Position numbers and translations under genes: made by a program. DNA of 64,000 bases, taken from Spirochaetia bacterium. Its GTDB lineage: Bacteria; Spirochaetota; Spirochaetia; WTKD01; G963693115. This document shows, piece after piece, positions 61,375-64,000 of the stretch. The notes beneath the pieces are model-generated. The model made no database searches. It saw nothing but the letters and a program-made list of their open reading frames with translations, and had not been told where the DNA came from. The first letter of the stretch is position 1. Each line of letters starts with the position of its first letter. Location of the stretch: positions 64,001 through 128,000 of the forward strand of contig CBDDCA010000002.1 in NCBI GenBank assembly GCA_965226055.1, in the 5' to 3' direction.

Positions 61375-62325
61375 ATGACAGGAGAAATGTCACCAGAGAT
61401 TTTAGCAAACATCTCATCAGATTATACAAAGGAAGCAAGAAAAGGGCTGGTTTCCCCTATACTGTTTCCAAGAACAGAAGTACAAGAAGCGACAGGGAAA
61501 TTTCCACTCTTTGACAGGGCTGATTTGCTGTATGTACCCGATGCGAAACTTGCCAAGAAGAAAGATAAGGCAGTAGAGGTAGAACAAACACATTCATTTC
61601 AAGCGTTTGCGTGTGAGCAATATGCCTTAAAAGAATCTATTGCAAACAGCCAGATAGAAAAAGCAAAAGGTCCCTTTCCTCGCGTTATCGGAAGAACGGT
61701 AGAGCAACTGGTGGTAAAATTAGAGCTTGCGCAAGAGAATAGAGTGGCGACTACTGTAAAGGCACTCTCAGGTAATAACGCTACCACGCTTGCAGGCACT
61801 GGGAATGCAGAAGCAAACAAATGGGACAACGCAGGCTCTCCTGGAGGAAAACCTGTTTCGGTAATCATGGAAACCTTAGACAATATGACCATACGAGGCA
61901 ATACTCTTGTGATTCCTCGTTCGGTATGGCAAAAATTGCAATACCACACTGATGTTACGGGCAAGCTACCAGGGACCATGTACCAAACGCTCACGGTAGA
62001 AGCGTTAAAGGCGATATTTACTGTTGAGAATGTTGTGATTGCTAGTGGGCAAATCAAGACAACAAAGAATGGGAACATTGATGTGATTTGGGGCAACAAT
62101 GTTGTTTGTGCCTATGTTGATAACACAGGAGACCCTGATCAGCCTACGGCAGGACACACTCTCATCAATGAGTATGCAGAAGGCGGGGTAGATGGCTGGA
62201 TAGCACGCTCGTGGCAAGATGAAGCCATCGGTGTTACTGGGGGGACTTGGTTTCAAGTAGGACATGAAGTAGATGAGTTGTTAGTAGCAAAAGATTTAAT
62301 TCATGTTATCAAGGATGTAATATAG
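61375..62325 (+). CDS. Major capsid protein
   Basis: 316 aa directly after the protease; LANISSDY, ILFP..EV, QENRVA, NTLVI, IWGNNVV. Confidence 0.78.
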   Translation: MTGEMSPEILANISSDYTKEARKGLVSPILFPRTEVQEATGKFPLFDRADLLYVPDAKLAKKKDKAVEVEQTHSFQAFACEQYALKESIANSQIEKAKGPFPRVIGRTVEQLVVKLELAQENRVATTVKALSGNNATTLAGTGNAEANKWDNAGSPGGKPVSVIMETLDNMTIRGNTLVIPRSVWQKLQYHTDVTGKLPGTMYQTLTVEALKAIFTVENVVIASGQIKTTKNGNIDVIWGNNVVCAYVDNTGDPDQPTAGHTLINEYAEGGVDGWIARSWQDEAIGVTGGTWFQVGHEVDELLVAKDLIHVIKDVI

Positions 62326-62333
62326 AGGATACT

Positions 62334-62753
62334 ATGGCCTATTGTAGCAGTGCAGATTTGAAAGAGCGGTACACCTCAGAAAGAATAGACGCATGGTCAA
62401 ACAGCGATGCTACAATAGTGTCAAAAGTGTGTGAGGATACGAGTGCTGAGATTGATGGCTATATTGTAGGGGGAGGGTATCCTCTGCCTCTCTCTGATGT
62501 GCCTGCACTGGTAAAGACACATGCAATAAGCATGGCAGTATATCGGTTATTGTCTCGTTATGGGTTTATGGGCCAAGACGATCCAGGCGAAGAGGGAATA
62601 AAAGACGGGTATGCTCAGGCAATACGGTATTTTGAGCAAGTAGCAAAAGGCACATTACCACTGCCTGTTGCAACAGTCAATACGGATGAGGACAAGAGAG
62701 TATCGGTAGCAGTGAAAAGTTATACCAAACTTGATTTAGGGGGCTATGTATGA
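62334..62753 (+). CDS. Mu gp36-like head-tail adaptor (DUF1320)
   Basis: MAYCS..DL, EIDGY...YPLPL..VP, AVYRL, Y..AI..FEQVAKG. Confidence 0.85.
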   Translation: MAYCSSADLKERYTSERIDAWSNSDATIVSKVCEDTSAEIDGYIVGGGYPLPLSDVPALVKTHAISMAVYRLLSRYGFMGQDDPGEEGIKDGYAQAIRYFEQVAKGTLPLPVATVNTDEDKRVSVAVKSYTKLDLGGYV

Positions 62754-63178
62754 GAGTGCTACAGATACAAGGAATAGACAAGGCAGTTGCGCTTATTTCG
62801 TCTCTGAAGAGAAGCCAGACAATAGAGAAGGTGCTTGAGAGTGTAGGGCAAAGCGTACGTACTGTAAGTAAGCATGCTATTGAAAGTCAATCAAGTCCTG
62901 ATACAAAACAGCAATGGCAGGCAGTAAAAGAGAAGACAAAACGACAGAAGGGATGGAAAAGCCCTTTGTATAGAAGTGGTGATTTGTGGCGAGAGGCAGG
63001 AGAGTATGAGACAGACAATACTACCTTAGCAGTGTTGTATGGCATAGAATACGCAAAGTATCACCAAGAAGGGACGAAGCATATACCACAACGGAGATTT
63101 TTACCAACACAGGAGTTGTGGTATACAAAGAACATAGAAAAAGCGTTGAGTACTGTAGTGAGGAAGATGCAATTATGA
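62750..63178 (+). CDS. Phage virion morphogenesis protein (Mu G / P2 S-like)
   Basis: SPD...W, LYRSGDL, EYAKYHQEGTKHIPQRRFL. Confidence 0.85.
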   Translation: MRVLQIQGIDKAVALISSLKRSQTIEKVLESVGQSVRTVSKHAIESQSSPDTKQQWQAVKEKTKRQKGWKSPLYRSGDLWREAGEYETDNTTLAVLYGIEYAKYHQEGTKHIPQRRFLPTQELWYTKNIEKALSTVVRKMQL

Positions 63179-63597
63179 ATATGATAGAGACAATAAAGAA
63201 TGATGTACAATCATTCTTACGCACGAGATGCAATATAACGGCTACTCATATACACCAGCATGCAAAAGATGAGAAGCAAGCATTATATAAGAGAGCGTAT
63301 CCTGTAGTGAGTATTATTACAGGAGATGAACGATTTGAGAATAACAATAGTTATGAAGTGCGGGGCACTCGCACCATTCCCATAGAGATACGAATATGGG
63401 AAACAACAGAAAAGAAAGCAATGGATATAGCAGAGAAGGTACTGTCAAAGCTCCCTACGAGCTGGCGGTATGAGGGAAACGATGGAAGCATTGATATTAT
63501 AGGGGTTACCCACAGCGACCATATCGCAAATATGACAGAATACTATGCGTGTTTTATCACGATTGACTTTAGTATGCAAGTAATACAAAAGACATAA
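63175..63597 (+). CDS. Putative phage tail-completion protein
   Basis: ATGA overlap with the previous gene; position in module; YPVVSI motif. Confidence 0.55.
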   Translation: MNMIETIKNDVQSFLRTRCNITATHIHQHAKDEKQALYKRAYPVVSIITGDERFENNNSYEVRGTRTIPIEIRIWETTEKKAMDIAEKVLSKLPTSWRYEGNDGSIDIIGVTHSDHIANMTEYYACFITIDFSMQVIQKT

Positions 63598-63607
63598 GGA
63601 GGAAAAT

Positions 63608-64000
63608 ATGTCACTTAATTATACAACAGCTGATAGCAACACTGGGCGAACGATTGGATCCAGTGGCAAAATCTATTTAATGGATTTTGAAAAAAATGCT
63701 ACCAATAATGGTAATATTGAAATTGGTACATGGTTTCAAGTAAAAGCAAAGAAAGCACAAGCTTCTGTGCTTTCAGACTTAGAAATAGGGCAAATTGTGC
63801 GTGCAGGAAAACAGCTTGCGTTATCGGGAGGGGATGAAGTGTTAGAGTTTACGCCTGTTGAGTCGGGGGTTGCACAGGGCATTACAGGAGACTTAACGAA
63901 AGAAAAGTACGATGTTACTACGCAAACAGACACCACCACTACTTACGAAATGTCTCGTATTGTAGAAGGCTCAGGCAGTATGGATATTGTACTGCAAACA
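63608..64000 (+). CDS. Putative phage tail tube protein (partial, runs off the window)
   Basis: AGGAGG RBS, open frame MSLNYTTADSNTGRTIGSSGKIY...KYDVTTQTD...; position after neck genes. Confidence 0.55.
   Translation, partial: MSLNYTTADSNTGRTIGSSGKIYLMDFEKNATNNGNIEIGTWFQVKAKKAQASVLSDLEIGQIVRAGKQLALSGGDEVLEFTPVESGVAQGITGDLTKEKYDVTTQTDTTTTYEMSRIVEGSGSMDIVLQT

Larger units (their letters stand above)
58634..64000 (+). mobile_element. Mu-like prophage remnant (head/neck/tail module), left part deleted, runs off the window
   Basis: MuF fragment, protease/scaffold, capsid, gp36-like and virion morphogenesis genes co-oriented; visibly more G-rich than flanks. Confidence 0.85.

Overview
AT-rich bacterial chromosome segment; a spirochaete-like origin is inferred from the stand-alone EF-G paralogue and the lipoprotein signal style. 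(i) 1-14.4 kb is a plastic surface-antigen region. Two inverted, near-identical IS30 copies flank large FN3-like/DUF285(BspA) lipoprotein genes, one of which is switched off by a G14 tract. (ii) 14.7-38.9 kb and 45.3-55.1 kb are housekeeping: carAB, cimA, leuA (with an Ile/Leu leader-peptide attenuator), a degraded DpnII-like R-M remnant, trpEGD, guaBA, mfd, trmB, fusA paralogue, argS, gltBD, trpCF. (iii) A very AT-rich island at 39.0-45.2 kb carries an FRG-domain gene and a tight four-gene operon: Cys-rich 67-aa peptide, two ThiF/E1-like enzymes and a UvrA-like ATPase. This is the best candidate for an undescribed peptide-modification or defence system. (iv) 55.2-58.6 kb is a third, pseudogenised lipoprotein paralogue interrupted by an IS481-like element. 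(v) It is fused directly to a Mu-like prophage remnant running from 58.6 kb to the window end. The remnant's MuF C-terminal nuclease-like domain is followed by a convergent, separately promoted 74-nt tRNA-like RNA. All calls come from reading the sequence; no database searches were run.
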